From Azolla caroliniana (lineage: Eukaryota > Plantae > Polypodiophyta): a stretch of 64,000 nt of DNA. The notes under the pieces were generated by a model, which was not told the DNA's origin, did not search any database, and was given only the letters and a program-made list of their open reading frames with translations. Positions 1 through 13,833 of this stretch are shown in pieces. The stretch is from assembly GCA_043228905.1 (NCBI GenBank), contig JBHGNT010000016.1, positions 16,616,001 to 16,680,000 of the forward strand, read 5' to 3'. The stretch's first letter is position 1; every line of letters begins with the position of its first letter. A program made the translations under genes and the position numbers.

Positions 1-1133
1 GCGCACACCGGTACCATGTATGATTCAATGCCATGGTGGTGGTATAGGATACAATACAAGGAATCGGGTCCTTCACAATCCCTTCAGTCAAGGGAGGTTG
101 AGTGAATTGACACTCCTCATTCTCTCTGTTTCTCTTTACAATCTTTTATCTATTTCCTTATTTTATGCCGACATTAAAAATACTCTCTAATATGTGGCAT
201 TAGAGTGACTTTCCTATGTTTCTTTTGTTGATTTTTGTTTTCTTTTTTATTCTGATCAATCGATGTTCGTCTGAGGGTTGATCCAGAAAGTCATTCACAA
301 AAGAACTTCAGTATTTCCTTTTTTTCATCAAAAAAAATAATATTTTTATTCTTTCTTCTCTCATTCTTAAAACATGTTTAGTTCAACTATGTTGTATTGG
401 TCATATTTATAAAACATACATAAATTATGTATATGTATGTGTTTTATGTCATTATTGCGTATTACATATGTTATTACATTTGATATGACGTCAATACCTC
501 AATTGTGTATTACCTACGCTTATATATTTTGGATGTTGTATGTGCGTAGAGGCTACATGCGTGGATAACATTATTCATTTGTTTATGTTTTGTTAATGAT
601 TTTTTTGTATATTCATCTTTAAAAACTTTCCTAACTTTTCATTACAAGAGTGTGATATTTTAAAGAGGAGAGTATGTTACAAGCATTACTATAATTTTAT
701 CATGTGGTAACTTGTATTGTAGTATTCTACAAGTGAGGATAAAAGCGTGAGAGTTAATTGAGAGTGTAAAGAATGGAGGACTATTTTTAATCCTAAGGAT
801 TGAGACAACCGATAAGGCTAAGTGCGAACTTGCCTGGAGGCCTTAGGTTTGGTTATAAATATGAGGCCTAGATATCCTCATGGAAGACATTATTCGATTA
901 TGTTGAGATTGTAATCTTGTAGTGAATCAACTCTTCTGGCGAGCGTGTGCCAATACTAAGTAAGACTCAATGTCATGGTAGTGGTATGGGACGCCATTCA
1001 AGGCTTGGGTGTGTCTCAATTCCCTCACTCGGGGGTGGTCGGGTTATTTGACACCGTTCTTTCTCTCTCTTTCTCTTTACAATCTTTTATCTATTTCTTT
1101 ATTTTATGCTTAGACTAGAAATAATCTCTAACA
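1..1133 (+). mobile_element. Old small non-autonomous LTR element (TRIM-like): end of 5' LTR (1-192), ~480-bp noncoding interior, 3' LTR 675-1133
   Basis: 1-192 aligns with ~940-1133 (shared TCTCTTTACAATCTTTTATCTATTTC). Degenerate Met PBS TGGCATTAGAG at 195-205, purine tract at 662-672, 3' LTR termini TGTTA...TAACA. Confidence 0.65.
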
Positions 1134-2749
1134 AGAAGCCATGGGCTCAAGGTGAAGCACGACATTGTTTATCCATCCTCGTGACAACATTTAGTACACC
1201 AATTAGATACATTCCATCTATTATAGCCAATGCTTGAATCCAATTCATATATGATGAAGAGTCGTGACAAAGAACATCCCTATGTAATCTTCACGCCAAA
1301 GAATGACATCCCAATTGAACTCCCAATCGTCATTGCGATGCAAATAAGCACGTCCACTTCAAACTCACTCATAATTGAATGATATTCTACGAGGAAACAT
1401 TCCTTTTGCTTTGTTGAGATGAAGATGTGTGGACTCTTTGAATGTTGTTGAATCAACACACCATTACACTATGAGGAGCACAAGTGTATTTCCTAAACAT
1501 ACTGCGTAATAATCACACACAAAGTATAAACGTTCACAAGCATACTTGTACAAACTAAAGAGGGAAGATCGCATGAATCATGATTGACACCAACATGCCC
1601 ATTCAAATTTCGTAATCCTTCATGGAAAAAGCCATCAACTCCATCTCCTCAAGTTCAAGTTCGTACATCATTCACACCCTTCTCATCAATTCTCCCGTCA
1701 TCAACTTTATCTGTGTGTAAATGTGTGTGTTGTGGTTGTCTAATTGAGTAAATATGGTTGTGCAATGTCCAAATGTACATGCTAATATATATGTGTATGA
1801 CATGATGTTTTTATTAGTAAATGATGGTAACACAATATCACTATGCATTGTATATGTTTCACTAGAAATGTGAGCATTAATTTGTCTATCTAAGTGTGTA
1901 GTTTATGTGAATTTAAACATGGGTTTTAAGTGTCTAGGGGTCTTGGGATGAGTGTTTAAGTTTCTCGAAGAGATGAGGAAGCTTTACATAGGAGTTTTGA
2001 TATTTTCATGGGGGAACAAATTAGCATTCCAAATAAACGGAAAGACCCTTGTAGATCTTGGACATAAATATTTAACCCCAAAATATGATGAGAAAACAGC
2101 ATAAGAGAAAATATGGTTCAACTTTCTCTTTTCTTGCTCAAAAAATGAATTAATATTTAAATGGGCAAGTGGTTGGTTAGGAAACGTGCAAAGCTCCTAA
2201 GCCCGTAAAGATGGCATTCTAGCCAAGGTCAATTTTATCGCTGACAATAGAGAGGTCATGAAAGAAGCTCATTTTGTTCTTAAACTTCAAGGAATTTGTG
2301 TGGAACTGGAAATAGATATTGGCCAAGTGAATCATATGTAATTAGCCAATTTATACTAATGAGTTGTGTCATGCTACTTGATTGCCCAATATTGACGAGA
2401 AATTATGTGTATGTAGGAGAAAAAGGTAGGGAAACCTGAATCCGTGTGAGACTTACGGCTCAATGTCGAGCCTATAGGCTTGGTTCCTATAGAGTTTGGT
2501 GAGAAGGATCCATGTTTATTTGCTCTTGAGTAACCCTTCATTCGGGTGGTTTGTGGCATGAAATGATGGCCATCCATGGTGGCTTTTTTTTACAAGGGAA
2601 ATCTCACTCTCAAGACCTCCCTTTCGTAATCTATCTAGAATATTAGCTTCCCACCACATGCTTTTTTTGAGGACGACTAGAGTGGCTTGGCTCCACCATC
2701 ACTTTAAATTCAAGTCTCACCACGGAAACATGGAACTTGCTAACATCCT

Positions 2750-4945
2750 AACATGTAAATTCTTGTCACAATTTATATTTCAGAATCATAGATGTGACCT
2801 TTGTTAAGCGCTCGTGCCATTCGAAGTGGTGCAATGTCAAATAAATTACAAGGTTGATCCACATGCCAAATTGAACGCAACGAAGGATTTCCTACTTTGA
2901 CAATGTAGAAAGAAACATCCACCCCAATTGCTAAGAAAGATGACGAGTGGTGGTAGGGACCCGTAGTTATGATGGTGGTTGAGGGTGAGCTAGAAAAAGG
3001 CATCAAACTCGACAGGTTCATATTTTGATCACGTCTCGTCGGATTAATCTCCTCTAACTGCTCACACCCTCATAAATTCAAAAATCTCATGACTTCAAAC
3101 TAGACGATTGCAAGCCCAACTCTTCATTTCCTCTATCCTTGAGCTCCATGATTCCCAAAAAAGCAAAAACTCAAACCACTAAGTGCTCACCAATGGGAAA
3201 AAATGAACCTAAAAAACCTAGCCTAGATCTTTTATAAGAGTTTGGAGCTTTCTCGTCCATCACTTAACTTTGTGTCTGCATTCATATCTATGCACAGGAC
3301 CTAGTTCAATGTGTGTAATTTGTTTTAACGTCATGGCTGCCATATGCTATTTTTGGTCTTGAGTGAGATTTGGACCTCCATCTTTAGTTCGAACAACCAT
3401 TTACTCTAACAAATTGAAATAATATCATTCCATTCTTCATATCTCCTTATGCATATTCATTTTTTTTCCAAAATAAAGCTACTTTCCCATTAGTTAGGAA
3501 GGATTATTACAAGGAGACTACACAAGGAAGCTTCTTTCACGCCTCCCTCCCTTCGATGTAGGCTTAGGTGTGCATATTCATTTTTATTATCATTGTAGAT
3601 TCTCAACTATTTGCTTTCTAGTTAGGGGGCATCTATATCATTCATTACGTACATAGAATAGTTTGAACTATTGACTCTTTAGTCCCTTTCAGCCCATGAC
3701 AAGAACTCCAGCTTTCCCACACACCCAATTAAATGTTTATCTTTGTGACATTTACGGGTTTCTGACTCAATTTACCCAAGTCCTTATTATGTCAGTTGTA
3801 TTAATAAGAGATTTAATCATTTCAACAACTTTTGAAGTTATTTACAATATTGTTTAGTGGAGTTTGATAACTTCCACAAATGCAAAGGCTATTTTAGAAA
3901 TTATTGCAAGTTAATATAGAATGTGCCATTGCTTGTAAAATAGCTTATATGAATTATTATTACCTAAAATTAATAGATTTGACAATAAGTTCAATAGCAT
4001 GTTATGATTTCATCATTAATATCATCAATAGTTCAAATTCACAGAAGACCAAAGCTTGAGCAATTTGGCTTTTCGAAATATGATCAGGTGATTTACATAC
4101 ATGGACAATTAGTTGATGAACCAAAGAAATATGCATGTTATGTATGTCTTATATATATGTTTTTTTTTATGTGTATATATATAATATATATATGGGAAAA
4201 GTACCAGGATACCCCTGGAAGTTCGTCTATTAGAATGCCCCTGGAAGTTCCAAATTTACCAAACTACCCCTATGTCCAAAAAATTACACTTTATAAAATA
4301 ATAATACACTCAAAACTTTGGTAAATAAGGCTAGTTCGGGTCCATTTTTTGGACATAGGGGTAATTTGGTAAATTTGGAACTTCCAGGGGCATTCTGGTA
4401 AATAGACGAACTTCCAAGGGTATCCTAGCACTTTTCCCTATATACATATATATATAGACACATCTACATACAAAATACGCATAAACTTTTTATGGGTATG
4501 TGATGTATCATATGTTTACACATTTGAAGGAGTATCCTTCAAAACATCTAAGTTTGAAGTTTAGATTGACATATGATTGCCCCCTTAATAATGCAAATGG
4601 TGAGTGACAACAATTGAATTATGTTTGGCAAAATATAAGATGGTTGGGATGAACATAACACAATCATTCACCACATAACTTTCTTCGTCAACCACTTGGA
4701 TGATTCTTCAAAATGCAGTATGCTTCGATAACAAGAAATCAACACTTTCAAGCCTAACAATCTTATTAAATTGCCGAGAAATAAATCCATTATTATTTTC
4801 ATTATTTATTATCCATGCCCTAAACATAAACTCCCTCACTATTGAGACCTTGTATTCATTGTAATAATTTATGATGACCACACCACGCCAATGATCAATG
4901 TACATTAGTCATCACATAAGTTCTACTTATACTCAAACTTCATGA
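2750..4945. repeat. Diverged copy of the intergenic block at ~7305-8510
   Basis: Colinear matches 2755~7310 (TGTAAAT..TTGTCACAATTT), 3391~7898 (CTAACAAATTGAAATAATATC) and 4895~8442 (TCAATGT..ATTAG.CATCACATAAGTT.TACTTATACTC). Confidence 0.75.
4194..4438. mobile_element. Mutator-like MITE, 245 bp
   Basis: ~100-bp terminal inverted repeats GGGAAAAGT...CTTTTCCC. Flanking 9-mers TATATATAT and TATATACAT match 8/9, consistent with a 9-bp TSD, although the flanks are TA-rich. Confidence 0.8.
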
Positions 4946-5057
4946 TTTCTTTTTTCATGAAAACTAAACTGAAGGAAAATAGAGCAAAGTACTTAACTAA
5001 TAACCACACACAGTTTTAAGAAATTACTGAATATCTCTCCATAATACAGAAACATTT

Positions 5058-5228
5058 AAAAACTTATAGTTACTCTACAGAGTACCCAACACAGTTGTGT
5101 TGTATTATTGTGCCCTCCGTTAACTTTGTGATGAGCTAATCAAAACTTATGGTTAGTCTACAATGTACCCAACACAGTGGTGTTGTATTATTGTGCCCTC
5201 CATTTAACTTTGTGATGTACTAATCAAA
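5058..5228. repeat. Two-copy ~84-bp tandem repeat downstream of the AKR stop codon
   Basis: AAAACTTAT.GTTA.TCTACA..GTACCCAACACAGT..TGTTGTATTATTGTGCCCTCC..TAACTTTGTGATG occurs twice in tandem. Confidence 0.85.
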
Positions 5229-5335
5229 GAGGAAATTTCACCATTATTGAGATAAACCGGGCTCCAATGCAATTGGCTCATGATGATTTGTGGAAGATGT
5301 ACAAATGAACCATGTGCAAGAAACATTGTCCCAAG

Positions 5336-7011
<1,676 letters not shown>

Positions 7012-8558
7012 AGTTGCTGCTACAGTAACCGATCACTCTACCAATCCTCGTATTTGTTTGGAACAATCGATCCCAACTCACAACTATATATTACATCGCC
7101 GCCTCTCAAGTACATAAATGCAACTAGCCAGTCAAACAATGATAAACGCAAATACTTTGGAACACAAGCAAACACCAATTTGTTTCTCTAAGAGGATAAA
7201 GAGAACCGTCAAAAACTGTTTTCATAAACCAAAATTTGTCCTTGACTCTACCTCACTTTAGATTGGAGTCTCTTCATTAGAAACATAGAGCTCGCAGATA
7301 TCCTAACTTTGTAAATTTTTTGTCACAATTTGTATTTCAAAATCATGAACATGACCCTCATCGTGCGTTCATGCCATTAACAGTGATTCAAAGTTGGTCG
7401 GTCCACATCCCAAATTGAACACAATTACTGGTTTCCTATTTGATAATGTCGAAAGGAAAATTGTCCCTATTGCGCAAGAAAGATGAAGAGTGGTTGTAGG
7501 GACCCATAGTTATGCTTATAGTGTTCAAGGGTGAGTTAGGTGGAGACATGTGTTCATATTTCAATCACATCTCATCGGATTAATCTGCTCTAACAACTCA
7601 TACCTTCAAAAATTTTAAAACCTCACAAGTCCAAAGTAAACTTTCCAACTCTAAATTTCCTCCATCCTTGAGCCCCAAGATTCCCAAGAAATCAAAAACT
7701 CAAACCATCCACTAATCGAAAAAACAGAACCTAAAAACACTAGCCTAGACATTTTATAAGACTTTGGAGCTTTCTTGTCCATTAGTTGAGTTTGTATTTG
7801 TATTCATATCTATGGAGGGGACTTGGTTCGATGTGCCTGCATATGATATTTATGGTCTTAAGTGAGATTTGAACCTGCGCCTTTAGTTTGGAGTCTAGAC
7901 AACAATGTATTCTAACAAATTGAAATAATATCTCTTCATTCTTCATATCTTTTATGCATATTGATTTTGATCATTCTAGATTCTCAACTATTTGCTTTCT
8001 GATTAGGAGGTATTCATATCATCTTTACAAAAAATAATTTGAACTTTTGACCTTTGTGTCATTTGAGAGCCCATGAGTCATGACAAGACCTCCAACTTTG
8101 CCACAACACCCCATTAAATGTTTATGTTTGTGACATTTGTGGTGGCTTTATCATGATAGTTGTATCAATATGATATTTAATCATTTCAACAATGTTAGAA
8201 TCAACCTACAACATTGTACAATCGAGTTTGAAAGTTTCCACAAATGAAACATCATTTGTTAAATTTAAGAAAAAAGAAATTATTAATGGAAGAGACTTAA
8301 ATTATCTTCCATTGAAAGGGTCAGAGATGGATGTAGTATTATTTTATACCCTAAGAGTATAGATCAAACCCAAAACAATTTATTAACAAGAGAAGCATAA
8401 ATTCTAATGTATAGCATATCATAATCACGCCACGCAAATTATCAATGTGTATTAGCCATCACATAAGTTTTACTTATACTCGAACTTTAGCATTGCATTT
8501 ATTTTTCCTTCATTTTCCCTCACCCTCATCCGTATCCATATAGATTTCTATATGTAAA

Positions 8559-9095
8559 TGTTAACATGTGGAAGCTTATGACAAACCGACTCAGCCAGAT
8601 AGCAACAGAACACAAATACAGGTTTAATGGAACCTCGTGAACACATAGTGCACACAGGAAGAGACAAAGAGAGCAGAACATAAACTCTATATTCAAAAAA
8701 TAACACTCTGTACATACATCGTGCTTCCACAACACTATTTATATGAGTCCTTAAAAGGACTGACAGAAGTACTTATGTACTTCAATGCTCATACGAGCGG
8801 CTGGCACTAACTATGAAGACAATGACTAGCTAGTTGTCTAAAAGCATAGGCCCCTAATAGCCTTTCGTTTCACACTTGATCCGGCTCTCTGATCCGGATA
8901 TCATCCAAATACAATCAAGCTGAAGCTTGTACAGTCGATCTGGATCCGGTTGAGCTTGTCCACCCAACACTCCCCCTCAAGCTCAAGTTGAGGTCGGATC
9001 ATGGTATTAGTGTTTGTGGTAGCCGGTCCTTTCCTCCGGCTCCTTCTGGCGTCCTCTCGCCTTGCTCGCGCTCCTTGTCCAGTCCGGTGTCGCGT
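8559..9095 (-). mobile_element. Copia 3' LTR (8559-8969) with PPT and 3' tail, duplicated copy 1
   Basis: The minus strand reads TTGAGGGGGAG then TGTTGGG... and ends GTTAACA, like the LTR of the copia at 23706. Confidence 0.8.
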
Positions 9096-10246
9096 TGTTA
9101 CGTGCGTGCGTGTAGAAGGGGCGGGACCACGGGGGTCTTGGACTAGGGAGTGGAGGAGGAAGAATAAGACCAAAAATGGAAGTTTAGCTCAAGAGGAGGT
9201 GAGAAAGAATAAGACAATAACATAGAATAGACGGGCAAGATGCTCAACAAGTTAGGTTAAGGAAACATGAACCTTTACAATGGTGGCCGCCATGGCTGCA
9301 CCAAACGACTATGAGAAAAACCCTAAAGGAAAACCCAAGAAGAAAACCCTAACTGAAACCCTAAAACCGAATAGGAAACCCTCGACCTAAGTGGTATGCC
9401 TCTCTCCCTCAAAATAGGCAACCCCTCATAAGTGACCCCTCCCTTCCTTTTATAGCCCAAGGAAGGGGGGACCTTACAATGTGGGATAAAATTCCCCTCT
9501 TCTTTCTACATACCATTTCCTAGTATACATGTGCACATATTGCACACCATCGATTTGCCCATTCCACCCCGATTTGCACACCATCGACAACAATGTATTC
9601 TAACAAATTGAAATAATATCTCTTCATTCTTCATATCTTTTATGCATATTGATTTTGATCATTCTAGATTCTCAACTATTTGCTTTCTGATTAGGAGGTA
9701 TTCATATCATCTTTACAAAAAATAATTTGAACTTTTGACCTTTGTGTCATTTGAGAGCCCATGAGTCATGACAAGACCTCCAACTTTGCCACAACACCCC
9801 ATTAAATGTTTATGTTTGTGACATTTGTGGTGGCTTTATCATGATAGTTGTATCAATATGATATTTAATCATTTCAACAATGTTAGAATCAACCTACAAC
9901 ATTGTACAATCGAGTTTGAAAGTTTCCACAAATGAAACATCATTTGTTAAATTTAAGAAAAAAGAAATTATTAATGGAAGAGACTTAAATTATCTTCCAT
10001 TGAAAGGGTCAGAGATGGATGTAGTATTATTTTATACCCTAAGAGTATAGATCAAACCCAAAACAATTTATTAACAAGAGAAGCATAAATTCTAATGTAT
10101 AGCATATCATAATCACGCCACGCAAATTATCAATGTGTATTAGCCATCACATAAGTTTTACTTATACTCGAACTTTGGCATTGCATTTATTTTTCCTTCA
10201 TTTTCCCTCACCCTCATCCGTATCCATATAGATTTCTATATGTAAA

Positions 10247-10783
10247 TGTTAACGTGTGGAAGCTTATGACAAACTGACTCAGCCAAATAGCAACAGAACT
10301 CAAATACAGGTTTAATGGAACCTCGTGAACACATAGTGCACACAGGAAGAGACAAAGAGAGCAGAACATAAACTCTATATTCAAAAAATAACACTCTGTA
10401 CATACATCGTGCTTCCACAACACTATTTATATGAGTCCTTAAAAGGACTAACAGAAGTACTTATGTACTTCAATGCTCATACGAGCGGCTGGCACTAACT
10501 ATGAAGATAATGACTACCTAGTTGTCTAAAAGCATAGGCCCCTAATAGCCTTTTGTTTCACACTTGATCCGGCTCTCTGATCCGGATATCATCCGGATAC
10601 AATCAGGCTGAAGCTTGTACAGTCGATCCGGATCCGGTTGAGCTTGTCCACCCAACACTCCCCCTCAAGCTCAAGTTGAGGTCGGATCATGGTATTAGTG
10701 TTTGTGGTAGCCGGTCCTTTCCTCCGGCTCCTTCTAGCGTCCTCTCGCCTTGCTCGCGCTCCTTGTCCAGTCCGGTGTCGCGT
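10247..10783 (-). mobile_element. Copia 3' LTR (10247-10657) with PPT and 3' tail, duplicated copy 2
   Basis: Same sequence as 8559-9095 at offset 1688. Confidence 0.8.
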
Positions 10784-11254
10784 TGTTACGTGCGTGCGTG
10801 TAGAAGGGGCGGGACCACGGGGGTCTTGGACTAGGGAGTGGAGGAGGAAGAATAAGACCAAAAATGGAAGTTTAGCTCAAGACGAGGTGAGAAAGAATAA
10901 GACAATAAAATAGAATAGACGGGCAAGATGCTCAACAAGTTAGGTTAAGGAAACATGAACCTTTACAATGGTGGCCGCCATGGCTGCACCAAACGACTAT
11001 GAGAAAAACCCTAAAGGAAAACCCTAACCGAAACCCTAAAACCGAATAGGAAACCCTCGACCTAAGTGGTATGCCTCTCTCCCACAAAATAGGCAACCCC
11101 TCATAAGTGACCCCTCCCTTCCTTTTATAGCCCAAGGAAGGGGGGACCTTACAATGTGGGATAAAATTCCCCTCTTCTTTCTACATACCATTTCCTAGTA
11201 TACATGTGCACATATTGCACACCATCGATTTGCCCATTCCACCCCGGTTTCACA
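10784..11254 (-). mobile_element. LTR-like segment of another family (partial copy at 9096-9571)
   Basis: TGTTAC...TTCACA termini, minus-strand TATAAAA, AAACCCTA-type motifs. No matching TSD found. Confidence 0.5.
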
Positions 11255-11737
11255 CTATAGCTGGAAATCTTCACCACATCCACCCCCACCAAACCGCACA
11301 TCCACTGGTATGTGCCAAGAAAGGAAAAGGGTGAGATATTTCGGCGACGGTGATCAATCGAGTCTTTTGCCTTACCGGCACCCAACCGTCTTGCCGGTCC
11401 CTTGCCAGTCCCTTGCCGGCGTCGATCCGTCTTGCCGGCTCCTTACCGGCCCCGACCCGCCGGCTCCATCCGATCCACCATGTCCGGCGCATGCACCTTC
11501 TTCTTCGACCGGCCATCCTGAACACCGTTGCCGATCCGGTCTCCCTTCCTTCGCTCACCACGCATGTCCTCCGGTTAGACCCCCGATTACTTCGATTGCT
11601 CGCCGGGTGCCGCTCCTCGCGTATCACGTGTGTTCCACCTCCAGCTCGACCTTCTCCTTGCCCTGAACACCTCGTACCGACTCCCTTCGTTCTGCGCTCG
11701 GCTTCCGTAGGCACTTTCCGTGCGTCGTTGTCGTCCA

Positions 11738-13280
11738 TCAAATGCGCGCTAGCATCGGCATTTCCTTTGTTGGTTCCTCCGTCGGAGTTGTATGTGGCTG
11801 ACTGACCCTGGCCTGGTCCATGTCTGGTCCTTGCATCGGTGACGGTTCCTCATCACTAAGGTTGACCGTTGCCGCCTTTCTCGCTTTTTCTTCCCGCAGC
11901 CGGGACCGCTCATAGCTCCCAAACTGGATTTGAGCCTCCAGCCGATCGTCGTCCAGTTGAACTACGAGCTGCCGGACCTGTACCAGTTGTTCATCCGCCA
12001 AGGCTGTGAAATCTTCGGCCAGCTCATCCCTTATGGTGGTGAAGTCCTCCGAGGTCATCGTATAACAGTCGTCGCCCTCCTTTCGCCGGTTTTCCACGTC
12101 TGCCCTAAGCAATTGGAGTTCCGCCGTATTCTGCGCCCATTTCGTCCACCAACGCACAGAGCTGTCGTCAATCAAGCTTTTGGTCTTAGTGAGCCATGAC
12201 CGGAGGATGCATTGGATCTGTTCGGCTCCCATCTGTTATTTATTTTCTGTGGCTTGTCGCTCTTCCTTCAATTTCTTGATGATCCGAACCGTGTCCGCCT
12301 CCTACTCCCTATAATGCGACAATTGATTTTGATAGCTTGTTTGCAACCTTTGTAATACCATTGTCGCTCTTTCCTTGTCTTCATGGTTCTGTTTGTGGAG
12401 CTCCATCCGGTCATTCGCCGCTTCCTCCAATAGCCTGGAACTTTCCGCTCGTTTTTCGGCGAGTGCCGTTGTGGCCCTATCAACTTCTTGCCGAACCGTG
12501 TCCGCCTCCTACTCCCTATAATGCGACAATTGATTTTGATAGCTTGTTTGCAACCTTTGTAATACCATTGTCGCTCTTTCCTTGTCTTCATGGTTCTGTT
12601 TGTGGAGCTCCATCCGGTCATTCGCCGCTTCCTCCAATAGCATGGAACTTTCCGCTCGTTTTTCGGCGAGTGCCGTTGTGGCCCTATCAACTTCTTGCCG
12701 GAGCTCGGCCATCCGTTCTTGCTGCTGCTTATACTCCGTCTCCAACTGCTTGTAGTCCCGATGAAGATGATCGAAATCATCGGTCTTCTGCTTCAGCCTC
12801 TGATTGATCTGCCGGCGCGCGTGGTCCTCCCAGTCCTTCTGTTGACAGAGCTCTTCCTTCAGCCTCTCGATTTCCGTTTCCGCCATCCGTCGTAGCTTGT
12901 CTTTTTCCTGCAACAATTTCTCTTTTTCCTCCTTCAGTCGGTCGTAAGCATGACGTCCTTTACGCAGGTTTTCCTCTGTTCGGCGAAGGTTCTCAGCAGT
13001 CTTTTTTAATTGTTCTTCGGCCGCCTTCTTCAAGTCGCGTTCGTGGCACCGTAATGCTTCTTGTGCGGCGAGCTCATCTCGTAATTCCGCAAGCTCTTGG
13101 GCTTGCGCCGCATCTTTCTTTGGGACAGTTTGTGTCTCCGGGGTCTTATTCCTCTGTACATTAACCGGAGTCACCGGTGCTTGGATCTACGTTGCGGTTA
13201 AGGCCATTTTGGCCATATCTCCTGTGATCCAATCCAAGTCTTGTTCGAGGCACCAGATCCTTTTTCTTTTAAGCACTATA
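11738..13280 (-). pseudogene. Degenerate additional 3' ORF (coiled-coil, E/K/R/Q-rich) of a non-chromoviral gypsy element
   Basis: ORFs 13174-12509 and 12232-11738 lie on the pol strand downstream of integrase, with heptad-like charged composition and in-frame stops. Confidence 0.55.
12284..12700. repeat. 207-bp two-copy tandem duplication
   Basis: Units start with CCGAACCGTGTCCGCC at 12284 and 12491 and are near identical. Confidence 0.95.
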
Positions 13281-13282
13281 GC

Positions 13283-13833
13283 TCAGAGAAACGGATTGAT
13301 ATTCTTGGGCGCTAACAGTAGCCATAGTATAGGAAAAAGGGTAGGAGGATGAGGGAGAACGACAAGTAGGTTGGAGGACCGGCAAAATTGGTTCAAACTG
13401 TCAGGAATAATACTAAAGCAGAGATGGATTTAGTACTAAAGAAGAGCAATACTATTAGTACTAAGAGGACGGGACTGCGTAAGACTCGAGTGAGAGAGAG
13501 AGAAAGAGAGATAGCGAGAATGAGAGAGAGAGAAGGATGATGACAGCAGCTCTTATATTATATGAAAGATAAGTACAAATCGGCTAAGAGGCTTAAGACT
13601 GGTGTTGAACCAATTTGGTTCAACATAATGCCTAGTGCCTTCTTTTATAGTGTTGTCAGGAGTAATCCTGAAACTTCTAGAATGTTCCAGAGAAATCTGG
13701 AATATACATTACTTTCTTATAATAAAACATAAATGAAAATAATATCCTATGAATTACAATAGATAGTGTGATGGTTAAGAGCTCAACCCATATACCATAA
13801 GGTTATGGGTTCGAGTCTTGCCATATCATGACA
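13283..13833 (-). mobile_element. Truncated Tcn1-like chromovirus: 5' LTR 13399-13833, PBS, first codons of gag
   Basis: The LTR is homologous to 52045-52483. PBS TTGAACCAATTT at 13396-13385. Gag start MATVSAQEYQSV compares with MATVSAEEYQSV at 51970. Confidence 0.85.

Larger units (their letters stand above)
7898..11246. repeat. Recent ~1.67-kb tandem duplication (7898-9571 and 9586-11246)
   Basis: Near-identical copies at offset 1688 (1675 after a 13-bp indel), separated by a 14-nt filler at 9572-9585. Confidence 0.95.

Noticed and set aside
1134-2750. Possible decayed coding sequence or transposase, including ORF 2374-2577
   Set aside because: No recognisable motif or splice-consistent frame.
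11253-13283. 10-bp direct repeat CACTATAGCT as a TSD
   Set aside because: There are no terminal repeats inside, and the second copy lies within an ongoing reading frame; probably chance.
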